In this document: positions 10,135-17,417 of the stretch, piece after piece
Layout: each line of letters starts with the position of its first letter
Numbering within the stretch: position 1 is the first letter of the stretch
Assembly: GCA_020425605.1 (NCBI GenBank)
Contig: JAGQRH010000007.1
Span: 76,834 to 140,833, forward strand
Source of the DNA: Planctomycetota bacterium
GTDB lineage: Bacteria; Planctomycetota; UBA8742; UBA2392
Direction of reading: 5' to 3'
Length of the DNA: 64,000 bases
The notes under the pieces: generated by a model
What the model was told of the DNA's origin: nothing
The model's database searches: none
Seen by the model: only the letters and a program-made list of their open reading frames with translations
Program-made: the position numbers and the translations under genes

Positions 10135-11130
10135 ATGAGATTTCTGTTAGTCACTGCGATCGGTTTCCTTGCATTCGCGCAAAGCCTGAGCGCCCAGAGG
10201 ATTGAGGGCAAAGATGCCCCGGCGTTCAGCATGGGCGGCGTCGTTAACCGGGATGGTGCAGTGGACCTGGCCGACATGGCCGGCGATGTCATCGTCATCA
10301 AGGTCTGGGGAATTACTTGAGGTCCCTGCCTGCGGCAGTTGCCGCACTTCGAAGAGTCCTACAAGAAGTACAGGGAAAAGGGTGTTCACTACTTTGCACT
10401 GGAAGGCGACGGGCTGACCATGCCCGAGAACCAAGCTTTCGCGGGCGAATGGGGCTACTCCTTCCCGATCGTGACCCTGGCCGACAGCAAACTGTCGGGC
10501 TATGACGTTGTCACCATGCCCTCGACATTCGTGATCAACGCTTTCGGCCGTGTCGTGTTCCAGGGCGACGGAGACTATGAGAAGTACATCGAGGCGTCAC
10601 TCAAGGACGCCCCATACCCGTACCTCGCAAAGAACAAGGTCGCATCCGAGTGCGAAAAGGCCGCGGAGGCCTTTGCCAAGGGCGACTACACAACGGCCCG
10701 AACCCTGGCAAACGAGTTGCTGGCCGGCGAGCCGGCTGAAGAGGTCGCCGCGGACGCATCCCACATCGTGGGTCGATGCGAGGCGTTTGCAAAGCTGTGG
10801 CGCGACGAGGCAGACGCGGCAAAGGCAGATGGCAGATATGAGGACGCCCTGTCGGCCGTCGAGAATCTCGCCACGCACTTCAAAGGCGAAGAGCTCGGGG
10901 ACAAAGCGGGCGACGAAGCCAAGGAACTCAAGAAAGACAAGGACGCCAAGGCCGAGATCAAGGCCAGAAAAGACCTCGCCAAGGTGCTTGCAGCAAACAA
11001 GAAGCTGAAGACGAAAGAAGACAAACTGTCCGCGCTCTACAAGTTCTACGAAAAGAACGAGGGCACGGCGGCCGCCAGCGATGCCAAGGCCATGGCCGAA
11101 GCGATCAAGGACAGCAAGCTCTTCAAGTGA
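10135..11130 (+). CDS. exported TlpA/ResA-like thioredoxin-fold protein, predicted selenoprotein (TGA 10318-10320 read as Sec; active site W-G-I-T-U-G-P-C), with a K/E/A-rich helical C-terminal domain
   Basis: Track ORFs 10087-10320 and 10339-11130 are in the same frame and are separated only by TGA. The joined product reads ...VIVIKVWGIT[TGA]GPCLRQLPHFEESYKKYREKGVHYFAL...VTMPSTFVINAFGRVVFQG. Start is ATG 10135 after GGAGGG, giving the signal peptide MRFLLVTAIGFLAFAQSLSAQ. A hairpin lies 10 nt after the TGA. Confidence 0.7.
10331..10346 (+). promoter_or_regulatory. SECIS-like stem-loop downstream of the in-frame UGA
   Basis: Perfect inverted repeat TGCGGCA-GT-TGCCGCA. Realistic fold is a 5-6 bp GC-rich stem with an AGUU/CAGUUG apical loop containing GU. 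The stem base lies 10 nt after the UGA, close to the ~11 nt spacing of the E. coli fdhF minimal SECIS. Confidence 0.5.
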
Positions 11131-11142
11131 GCCGGAGATGCC

Positions 11143-12645
11143 ATGCGCACCGCAATACGGATCATTGCCGTAGCTTTGCTGTTTGGACTGTTCGCAAATG
11201 GGCCCCAGGGGCAGAAAGCCACGGGCAGCCAGGCTGCGGTGTTCGACACGCCGGCCGGCAGGTTCACGGATCTCGGATTGAACTCGCAGGGCTACCGCGA
11301 AGTACGGCGCGAGAAAGACGGCGCCACGATGGTGGTTGTTCCGGCCGGCTGGTTTACCAAGCAAACCTATGTCGGCGACCCGACCGTGGACGCCGAAACG
11401 TTCCCCCTCTTCACTCCGGCATTCCTGATCGACAAGTACGAAGTCACCAATGCGCAGGTCGGCGCGTACTTCGCGCAGGCAAAGGACCTTAGATTTGATT
11501 CCGAACGGGTGTACGCCGGCAAGCAGCTGCTCGCACGGGATCACAAATGGGGCTTGTCAGTAGAAGACGGCAAAGTAGCGGTGCGGACGGGGCTTGAGAA
11601 GTATCCAAGCGTCGGCACGACCGGAGATCTCGCGCTGGCCTTCGCCCACTGGGTGGGCGGTGATCTTCCCTACGGCTACGAGTGGGAAAAGGCCGCTGCC
11701 GGACCGTCCGGGCTCCAGTTTCCCTGGGGAGACGCTGCCGCAGACAGCACGCGGGCGAACAGCTTCCTGAGTGGCCCCAGGCACCCGATGCCCGTTGGAA
11801 GCTACGCCGACGGCGTCTCGCCCTATGGCCTGTACGACATGGCCGGCAACGTTTACGACCGCTGCTACTGGTTCGAGTCCGACAAGGAGATCGATCCCAA
11901 GGCGGTACCAAGGATGATCCGGGGCGGCAGCTGGGTCTCGCCGCACTGGGCGAACTTGCGCACCGTGGATCGCTGTGCCCAGCCCATGGACGCCGCTGAG
12001 GGTTCCGTCGGCTTCCGCTGCCTGATCCGCGACGAGAAAGTGCTTGAGGCAATCGGAGAAGCAAGCAAGCCCGCGTTGCGCATCCACGACGACGTGGATG
12101 GCGCATTCAAGGAAGCCGCGGCCAGAAACGTGCCGATTTTCCTGTTTCTGGCCTACGAAACCTGCGGCCAGTGTGACCGCAGCCGCGCCCAGGTGTTCAC
12201 CGACCCCGAGTTCATCAAGTACATCAACGAGAACATCGTTCTACTCGTGGGTCACAACGCCGGCGATGGCGCGGCTGACCCCGTGGATCCGGACAGCGGG
12301 CCTAGCGTTCTGTATCCCGGCTGCCGCGCGGAGAAGCTGCACGCCACGTTCGACTACTTCTGCCGCATGGTGAACGTGCGGGTGGTGCCGAAGCAGATCA
12401 CGGAATTTACAGTCAGCCCGGGACTCTTTGCGCTGAACCCTCACCTGGACCTGCAGGAAGCGCCCGACCAGATGGTGCTGGTCGGCGAATCCGCATTCAG
12501 GAAGAGCGGTGATGACGCAAAAGGGCTCGTCGCGGCGCTGAAAAAGGCACAGGGCCGGCTCGGCACGGGGCTGACGTTCGCAGAGTTTGAAGCCGGCAAG
12601 GAAACACCCGTCACGACCTGGCAGCCACCGGCCGATGAAGACTGA
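11143..12645 (+). CDS. exported formylglycine-generating-enzyme (FGE-sulfatase/SUMF1) domain protein fused to a C-terminal thioredoxin-like domain (CGQC)
   Basis: 500-aa ORF with an N-terminal signal-like segment MRTAIRIIAVALLFGLFA. FGE-type motifs are YEVTNAQ, YGYEWEKAA, SPYGLYDMAGNVYD and RGGSW. The C-terminal part has PIFLFLAYETCGQCDRS, a thioredoxin-fold CxxC context. Confidence 0.8.
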   Translation: MRTAIRIIAVALLFGLFANGPQGQKATGSQAAVFDTPAGRFTDLGLNSQGYREVRREKDGATMVVVPAGWFTKQTYVGDPTVDAETFPLFTPAFLIDKYEVTNAQVGAYFAQAKDLRFDSERVYAGKQLLARDHKWGLSVEDGKVAVRTGLEKYPSVGTTGDLALAFAHWVGGDLPYGYEWEKAAAGPSGLQFPWGDAAADSTRANSFLSGPRHPMPVGSYADGVSPYGLYDMAGNVYDRCYWFESDKEIDPKAVPRMIRGGSWVSPHWANLRTVDRCAQPMDAAEGSVGFRCLIRDEKVLEAIGEASKPALRIHDDVDGAFKEAAARNVPIFLFLAYETCGQCDRSRAQVFTDPEFIKYINENIVLLVGHNAGDGAADPVDPDSGPSVLYPGCRAEKLHATFDYFCRMVNVRVVPKQITEFTVSPGLFALNPHLDLQEAPDQMVLVGESAFRKSGDDAKGLVAALKKAQGRLGTGLTFAEFEAGKETPVTTWQPPADED

Positions 12646-12720
12646 TTGGCCCTCGGCCCGTTGACGCTTTGACCTGCCAAGCCACTATGGTATGGCAACC
12701 AGGCTCGGAGCATCTGCTAC

Positions 12721-13833
12721 ATGCCCATTCGCCTTCAGGTTCGCGTCCCCCGTGGAGCCACGGTAGACGTGTCGGACCACACCTTCACCCGCTCCGTCAT
12801 CACGGTCGGGCGCTCGCCGGAGTGCGACCTGGTGTTGCCTGGCGACGAGGTGCGGGTATCGCGCCAGCACGTGCGTGTCGAGCGTCGCGAGGGAGGCTAC
12901 CTGCTGGTCGACCTCGGCAGCCGCAATGGGACGCTGCTGAATGACGTGCAGATACCGCCCAGCAGCACGCATCCCCTCAACGAAACCGATGTTGTAAAGA
13001 TGGGCTCCGTCGAGATGGTGATTGAAGCCGTCCTGCTCGATAACGACACCCGCGACAAGGTCCAGGCGATCCGCAAATCCGGTAACACGGAAGGGCGAAG
13101 GCAAAGCGAGGTCATCCGCAGCGACCCGCGTGAAGCCGCCGCCCTGCGCGCCATGCAGTCGATTTCCAAGAGCCTGCTCGGCGAGGATGATTTCCAGACC
13201 CCGGAGCAACTGACGCTGTTCGGTGAGATGATCCGCGTCAGCCTCGACGTCCTGCTGGAAGGCCTGTTCCAGACCCTTTCCGCACGCAAAGAGTTCGAGG
13301 GCGAGTTCGACGCCAGCGTGACCATGGCGTTCCAGCGAGACGCCAACCCGATCAAAATGATGGAAGAGCTTGAGCGCTTCAAACGCTTCCCGGTCGACTG
13401 GAAGGCGGGCTCTGACGTCATGGCCGTCAAGGACTCGCTGGAACGCGCGATCAAGGACGTCAGTCAGCACCAGATGGGCCTCCTCGCCGGAATGCAGCAG
13501 GTTCTTGATGCAATCATCAAGCGCCTCGACCCGATTGCGATCGAGAAGGCGGCCATGGGCAAGGCCAGCCTGCTCGGCCGCATGAGCAAGGCGCGCGTCG
13601 CATGGCAGGAATACCTCGACACGTACAGCGAGTTCCTGGCCGAGAGCAGCAAGCTGTTCAACGACATGATCTACCCGAACCTGCAGAAGGGCTACCTGCT
13701 GAGCCACAAGGAAAAGACGCGGATCATGCAGTCAGCACAGGACTTAACACGCAAAGCTGCAGAAGCCGCCGCCAAGGCTGCGGAGAACGCCGCGCAAGTC
13801 GTTGGTGAAGCGGATGAATCCGACAGTGCTTGA
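12721..13833 (+). CDS. tagH: T6SS-associated FHA-domain protein TagH (Fha), canonical FHA
   Basis: 370 aa. The N-terminal FHA domain has all phosphothreonine-binding signatures: ITVGRSPECDLVL, VSRQHVRV, LGSRNGTLLN. The C-terminal ~200 aa is paralogous to the next gene (HQMGLLAG...ESSKLFN..IYP...KGY). It sits at the head of the T6SS gene block. Confidence 0.85.
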   Translation: MPIRLQVRVPRGATVDVSDHTFTRSVITVGRSPECDLVLPGDEVRVSRQHVRVERREGGYLLVDLGSRNGTLLNDVQIPPSSTHPLNETDVVKMGSVEMVIEAVLLDNDTRDKVQAIRKSGNTEGRRQSEVIRSDPREAAALRAMQSISKSLLGEDDFQTPEQLTLFGEMIRVSLDVLLEGLFQTLSARKEFEGEFDASVTMAFQRDANPIKMMEELERFKRFPVDWKAGSDVMAVKDSLERAIKDVSQHQMGLLAGMQQVLDAIIKRLDPIAIEKAAMGKASLLGRMSKARVAWQEYLDTYSEFLAESSKLFNDMIYPNLQKGYLLSHKEKTRIMQSAQDLTRKAAEAAAKAAENAAQVVGEADESDSA

Positions 13834-13884
13834 CGCGCCGTAAGTCGTTGCCAATACTGCCTGCCCTTTCAATTCGGCGGGTGC

Positions 13885-14856
13885 ATGGCTCTAAAGGTCG
13901 TGGTCACGAAGGTTGGATCAACTGAGCCGGTCTCCGAACATACGTTCGGCAAAGAGGCCCGCGCCCGCGGCATATCCGTAGGTTCTTCACCTGACAACGA
14001 CATCGTGCTGGAGGGTGCGAAAGACAACGCCGGGCGCGTAGAGCGCCAGAAAGCCGGATACTACTACGTGGACCTTGGCGGCGGCGTCGGATTCACCGCA
14101 GACGGCGAGGTCCAGGAAACCGGCACTACCTTTCAGGTCACCGTCGGCACGAAGATCGGAGTCGGGAACTACACCCTGGAGTTCATCCGCGGCGAGACCC
14201 CGCGCCGCGAGCCGGTGGTCGAGGTCGCCCCGGACGACTCTGCTGCGACGGACATCCAGTCCGCCGCGTACAAGCTGGTGTCTCAGGTTTCGCGCTACTT
14301 CCTTGGTGAAGGCAACTTCCAGACCGTCCAGGAAATCGACCGTTTCGGTGAGCTTATCCAGCTGACGCTCGAAGTCGCCATGGAGTGGATGGGCCGCTCG
14401 CTGAAGGGGCGCGAAGAGTTCAAAGACCAGTTCAGCGCGCCACTTACGCAACTCTTTGCGCGCAGCCTGAACCCGGTAAAGAAGGGTACGGACATCAGCC
14501 AGATCGCCAACTTCCTGCTCGATTGGCGTGAAGAGCGGGACCTGAATGAGATCAAAGGCTCACTGCAGCACACGTTCAACGACATGGCGAAGCACCAGAT
14601 GGGCCTGTTGGCGGGCGTACAGCAGTTTGTCAGCGACCTGCAGCAGAAGCTGGACCCGCAGAAGATCGAAAAGGACGCCGGCGGCGGAATCTTCGGCGGC
14701 GCAAAGAAAGCATGGGAGAGATACGCCGACCTGTACGGTGAGACATTTGCCGAGAGCAGCAAACTCTTTAACGAGTTGATCTACCCAAGCATCCGGAAGG
14801 GCTATATTTTCTCGCACGAAGACATTCACAGTGATGACAAGCCGCAGGGCGGCTAG
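13885..14856 (+). CDS. TagH paralogue with a degenerate (pThr-binding residues lost) FHA-like N-terminus
   Basis: 323 aa. The C-terminal domain is clearly homologous to TagH (HQMGLLAGVQQFV...FAESSKLFNELIYPSIRKGYIFSHE). The N-terminus aligns to the FHA domain but reads ISVGSSPDNDIVL...AGRVER...LGGGVGFT. The G-R, S-x-x-H and N-G motifs are therefore all absent. Confidence 0.75.
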   Translation: MALKVVVTKVGSTEPVSEHTFGKEARARGISVGSSPDNDIVLEGAKDNAGRVERQKAGYYYVDLGGGVGFTADGEVQETGTTFQVTVGTKIGVGNYTLEFIRGETPRREPVVEVAPDDSAATDIQSAAYKLVSQVSRYFLGEGNFQTVQEIDRFGELIQLTLEVAMEWMGRSLKGREEFKDQFSAPLTQLFARSLNPVKKGTDISQIANFLLDWREERDLNEIKGSLQHTFNDMAKHQMGLLAGVQQFVSDLQQKLDPQKIEKDAGGGIFGGAKKAWERYADLYGETFAESSKLFNELIYPSIRKGYIFSHEDIHSDDKPQGG

Positions 14857-14871
14857 GAAGCGGGAGGCGCT

Positions 14872-15351
14872 ATGCGCAACAGGTTGATGTTGTTGGGCCT
14901 GGCACTGGCACTTGCAGTGCTTGCGGGATGCACCAGCACTACGGTCACCTTGGACCTGGTGGCCTTGAAGCCCGTGAATGAAGGCAAGGTCGGGGACGCC
15001 ACCGATGGCGAGAGCCGCGTCGTGGAAGTCCGCGTCTACCAGCTCAAGGACGACGCCAAGTTCAAGGCCGCCACGGTTGAAGACGTGTGGACCAACGCCG
15101 AAGAAGCCCTTGGCGACTCAATGATTGACGTAAAGCTCGGCGAATCTGTCTTTCCGGAGGACGCCAACGGTCAGGCCAACGGCAAACAGATCACGATCGA
15201 CCCGTTGGACGCCGGCACAAAGTTCATCGGCATCCTGGCCCTTTTCAGCAACAGTGACGATGGCGAGCGCAAGGTCGTGGTGCCGCTCGACCAGGCAGAT
15301 GATGTGCTGTTTGAGCTGACCGGCTACCACATCACCATCAAGCAACAGTAG
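14872..15351 (+). CDS. tssJ: T6SS outer-membrane lipoprotein TssJ
   Basis: 159 aa. Lipobox LAVLAGC. TssJ-like VEVRVYQLKDDAKFKAATVEDVW. Position between tagH and tssK. Confidence 0.8.
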   Translation: MRNRLMLLGLALALAVLAGCTSTTVTLDLVALKPVNEGKVGDATDGESRVVEVRVYQLKDDAKFKAATVEDVWTNAEEALGDSMIDVKLGESVFPEDANGQANGKQITIDPLDAGTKFIGILALFSNSDDGERKVVVPLDQADDVLFELTGYHITIKQQ

Positions 15352-15365
15352 CAGCGGGAGACTTC

Positions 15366-16721
15366 GTGGAGCAGCAGTTGAAAGTTCTGTGGACCGAGGG
15401 GATGTTCCTCACCCCTCACCATTTCCAGCAGTGGGACCGCTATTACGAGCACCTGCTGCAGCAGCGGCTGCGCAACATCTCTCCCTTGGCGTGGGGAGTT
15501 CGTGAGCTCGCCATTAATGAGGAAGCCCTCGCCAACGGACAGGTTGCGTTGTCTCGCATCTCGGCGATCATGCCCGACGGAATGGTGATCGATGCCCCCG
15601 GCTCAGACACCGCGCCGCCGGCCCGGGATGTCGGCGATCGCTTCCCCGCCGAGAAAGAACGACTGGGCGTCTTCCTGGCCTCGCCGATCGTTCCCGAGGG
15701 CGGCGTCGCTCAGGACCCGACCGGCAGCCACGACGGCCGCCCGACGCGGTACCGCGGCAAGACCATCAGCAGCCGCGACGAGAACGCGCAGGCCGCGAAC
15801 CGCGACATTCAGGTCGCCGCCAAGAACACACGCATCCTGTTTGAAGGCGAATCGCTCGACGACCATGTCTGGGTCAAGATCGCCGAGCTTGGCAAGGGCA
15901 GCACCGGCGGGTTCGCACTGGATGAGCACTACGTGCCGCCAAGCGTCAACATGGGCGCATCAGCCCATCTGATGGCGCGCCTGCGCAAGATCCTGGAAAT
16001 TCTGGCGGTCAAAAGCACCGAGTTTGCCCGCCAGCGGCGCAATCGCGGCGCCGGGCTTGCCAGCTTCAGCACCAGCGAAAGTGCGAGCTTCTGGCTGCTG
16101 CATACCGTGAACGGGTTCATCCCGCCGCTGCAGCACATGTACGGCTCAGGCCACCATCATCCGGAGCAGGTCTACCTCACGCTCGCCCAGATGACCGGCT
16201 ATCTGTACACCTTCGCGGGCGAAGGCCACCCGAAGGACGTGACGGCCTACCAGCACGAAGATCTCGCCGGCACCTTCGCTCGTCTTGAAGAGAAGCTGGT
16301 AGCGCTGCTGGGCACGATCATCCCGACCAAGTGCACCAATATCGAGCTGCAGCAGACCCGCGACAATATGTTCGTCGCAAAGATCCAGGACGACCGCGTA
16401 CTTCAGCCCGAGGGCGCAATCTACGTCGCGATCCAGGCCGACGTTCCGGCCGAGAAAGTTGTCCGCGAGGCGCCGCTCAAGTTCAAGATCAGCAGCCAGG
16501 ACCGTGTGGACCAGCTCATCACGGCCGCGTTGCGCGGGATAAGCGTAAGGCACATCCCGGCACCGCCGCCGGAGATCCCGGTACAGCCCGGCAGGAACTA
16601 CTTCCAGATAGACAAGGCCGGCGACCACTGGGAAGCCATTCGCAGCTCTCGGAGCATGGCGTTCTACCTGCCGCCGGAGTTCCAGGGGCTGAAGCTCGAG
16701 TTGATGGCAGTAAAGGAATAG
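15366..16721 (+). CDS. tssK: T6SS baseplate protein TssK
   Basis: 451 aa with a GTG start. N-terminal hallmark VLWTEGMFLTPHHFQQWDRYYEHLL. Synteny tssJ-K-L-M. Confidence 0.92.
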   Translation: MEQQLKVLWTEGMFLTPHHFQQWDRYYEHLLQQRLRNISPLAWGVRELAINEEALANGQVALSRISAIMPDGMVIDAPGSDTAPPARDVGDRFPAEKERLGVFLASPIVPEGGVAQDPTGSHDGRPTRYRGKTISSRDENAQAANRDIQVAAKNTRILFEGESLDDHVWVKIAELGKGSTGGFALDEHYVPPSVNMGASAHLMARLRKILEILAVKSTEFARQRRNRGAGLASFSTSESASFWLLHTVNGFIPPLQHMYGSGHHHPEQVYLTLAQMTGYLYTFAGEGHPKDVTAYQHEDLAGTFARLEEKLVALLGTIIPTKCTNIELQQTRDNMFVAKIQDDRVLQPEGAIYVAIQADVPAEKVVREAPLKFKISSQDRVDQLITAALRGISVRHIPAPPPEIPVQPGRNYFQIDKAGDHWEAIRSSRSMAFYLPPEFQGLKLELMAVKE

Positions 16722-17414
16722 ATGATGCCTCAGGAAGGTGAACAGCGGCCGCCACTAGCCGACCTGTGTTGTGAAGTCTTCGCATTCGCGTTCCAGCTCC
16801 GGGCCAGCAAGGACCCGGGCACTGCTGCGGATGTAAAGGCCAAGATCAGCACCCTGTTCAGCGACTTTGAGCAGAAGGCAAGGACCGCCGGATACAAGCC
16901 CGAGACCGCCCAGACGGCCAAGTACGCACTGGCCGCATTCATCGACGAAACCGTCCTTGCAAGCAAGTTTCAGATGAAGGATGAGTGGGCCGGCAGCCCG
17001 CTTCAGCTCGAGTACTTCAACGACTTCGCGGCCGGCGAGGAATTCTACAACAAGCTCAAGACCATCCGCGGCAGCAGCGACTCAGATCGCCGCGACCTCA
17101 CGCAAGTCTATTTCCTTGCACTGACGCACGGCTTCAAGGGGATGTACATCGACCTGAAGGGCATGGAAGAGCGCAAGAACCTGCTTGAGTTGCTGTCCCG
17201 TGAACTGAAGGAAGGCCAGACCGGTGACGTCGTCCAGATGTCACCCTCATGGCAGCCGCCGGACGAGTTGCCCGCGTTGGTTCGATCAACGCCCTCATGG
17301 CTCGTGCCCGCTGTGTGCGCGGTGTTGTTGATCGCGCTGTTGATTGCCCTCGCAGCGACCGCCGAGTTCATGTCAAAGGGCGCCATTGAAGCACTCACCG
17401 GGCAGGGGGGCTAA
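16722..17414 (+). CDS. tssL: T6SS membrane-complex protein TssL (DotU family), without a peptidoglycan-binding extension
   Basis: 230 aa. DotU-like AKYALAAFIDETVL...WAGSPLQLEYFN....GEEFY. C-terminal TM segment WLVPAVCAVLLIALLIALAA. No OmpA/PG-binding domain follows. Confidence 0.88.
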   Translation: MMPQEGEQRPPLADLCCEVFAFAFQLRASKDPGTAADVKAKISTLFSDFEQKARTAGYKPETAQTAKYALAAFIDETVLASKFQMKDEWAGSPLQLEYFNDFAAGEEFYNKLKTIRGSSDSDRRDLTQVYFLALTHGFKGMYIDLKGMEERKNLLELLSRELKEGQTGDVVQMSPSWQPPDELPALVRSTPSWLVPAVCAVLLIALLIALAATAEFMSKGAIEALTGQGG

Positions 17415-17417
17415 AGC

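Noticed and set aside
10087-11130. Reading 10087-10320 and 10339-11130 as two separate genes, or as a nonsense-mutated pseudogene.
   Set aside because: The pieces share a frame, and the stop sits exactly on the catalytic Cys column of W-C-G-P-C with a hairpin at SECIS spacing. Neither fragment alone would be a functional thioredoxin fold. The pseudogene reading cannot be fully excluded without finding Sec machinery elsewhere, so it is kept as the alternative in the finding.
12661-12696. Sigma-70-like promoter for the T6SS operon: TTGACG/TTGACC with TATGGT/TATGGC in the 75-nt gap before tagH. A similar TTGACC occurs at ~21881 before tssA.
   Set aside because: The -10 matches are poor and the spacings are ambiguous (11, 16 or 19 nt). 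The promoter consensus for this lineage is unknown, so I cannot support a call from sequence alone.
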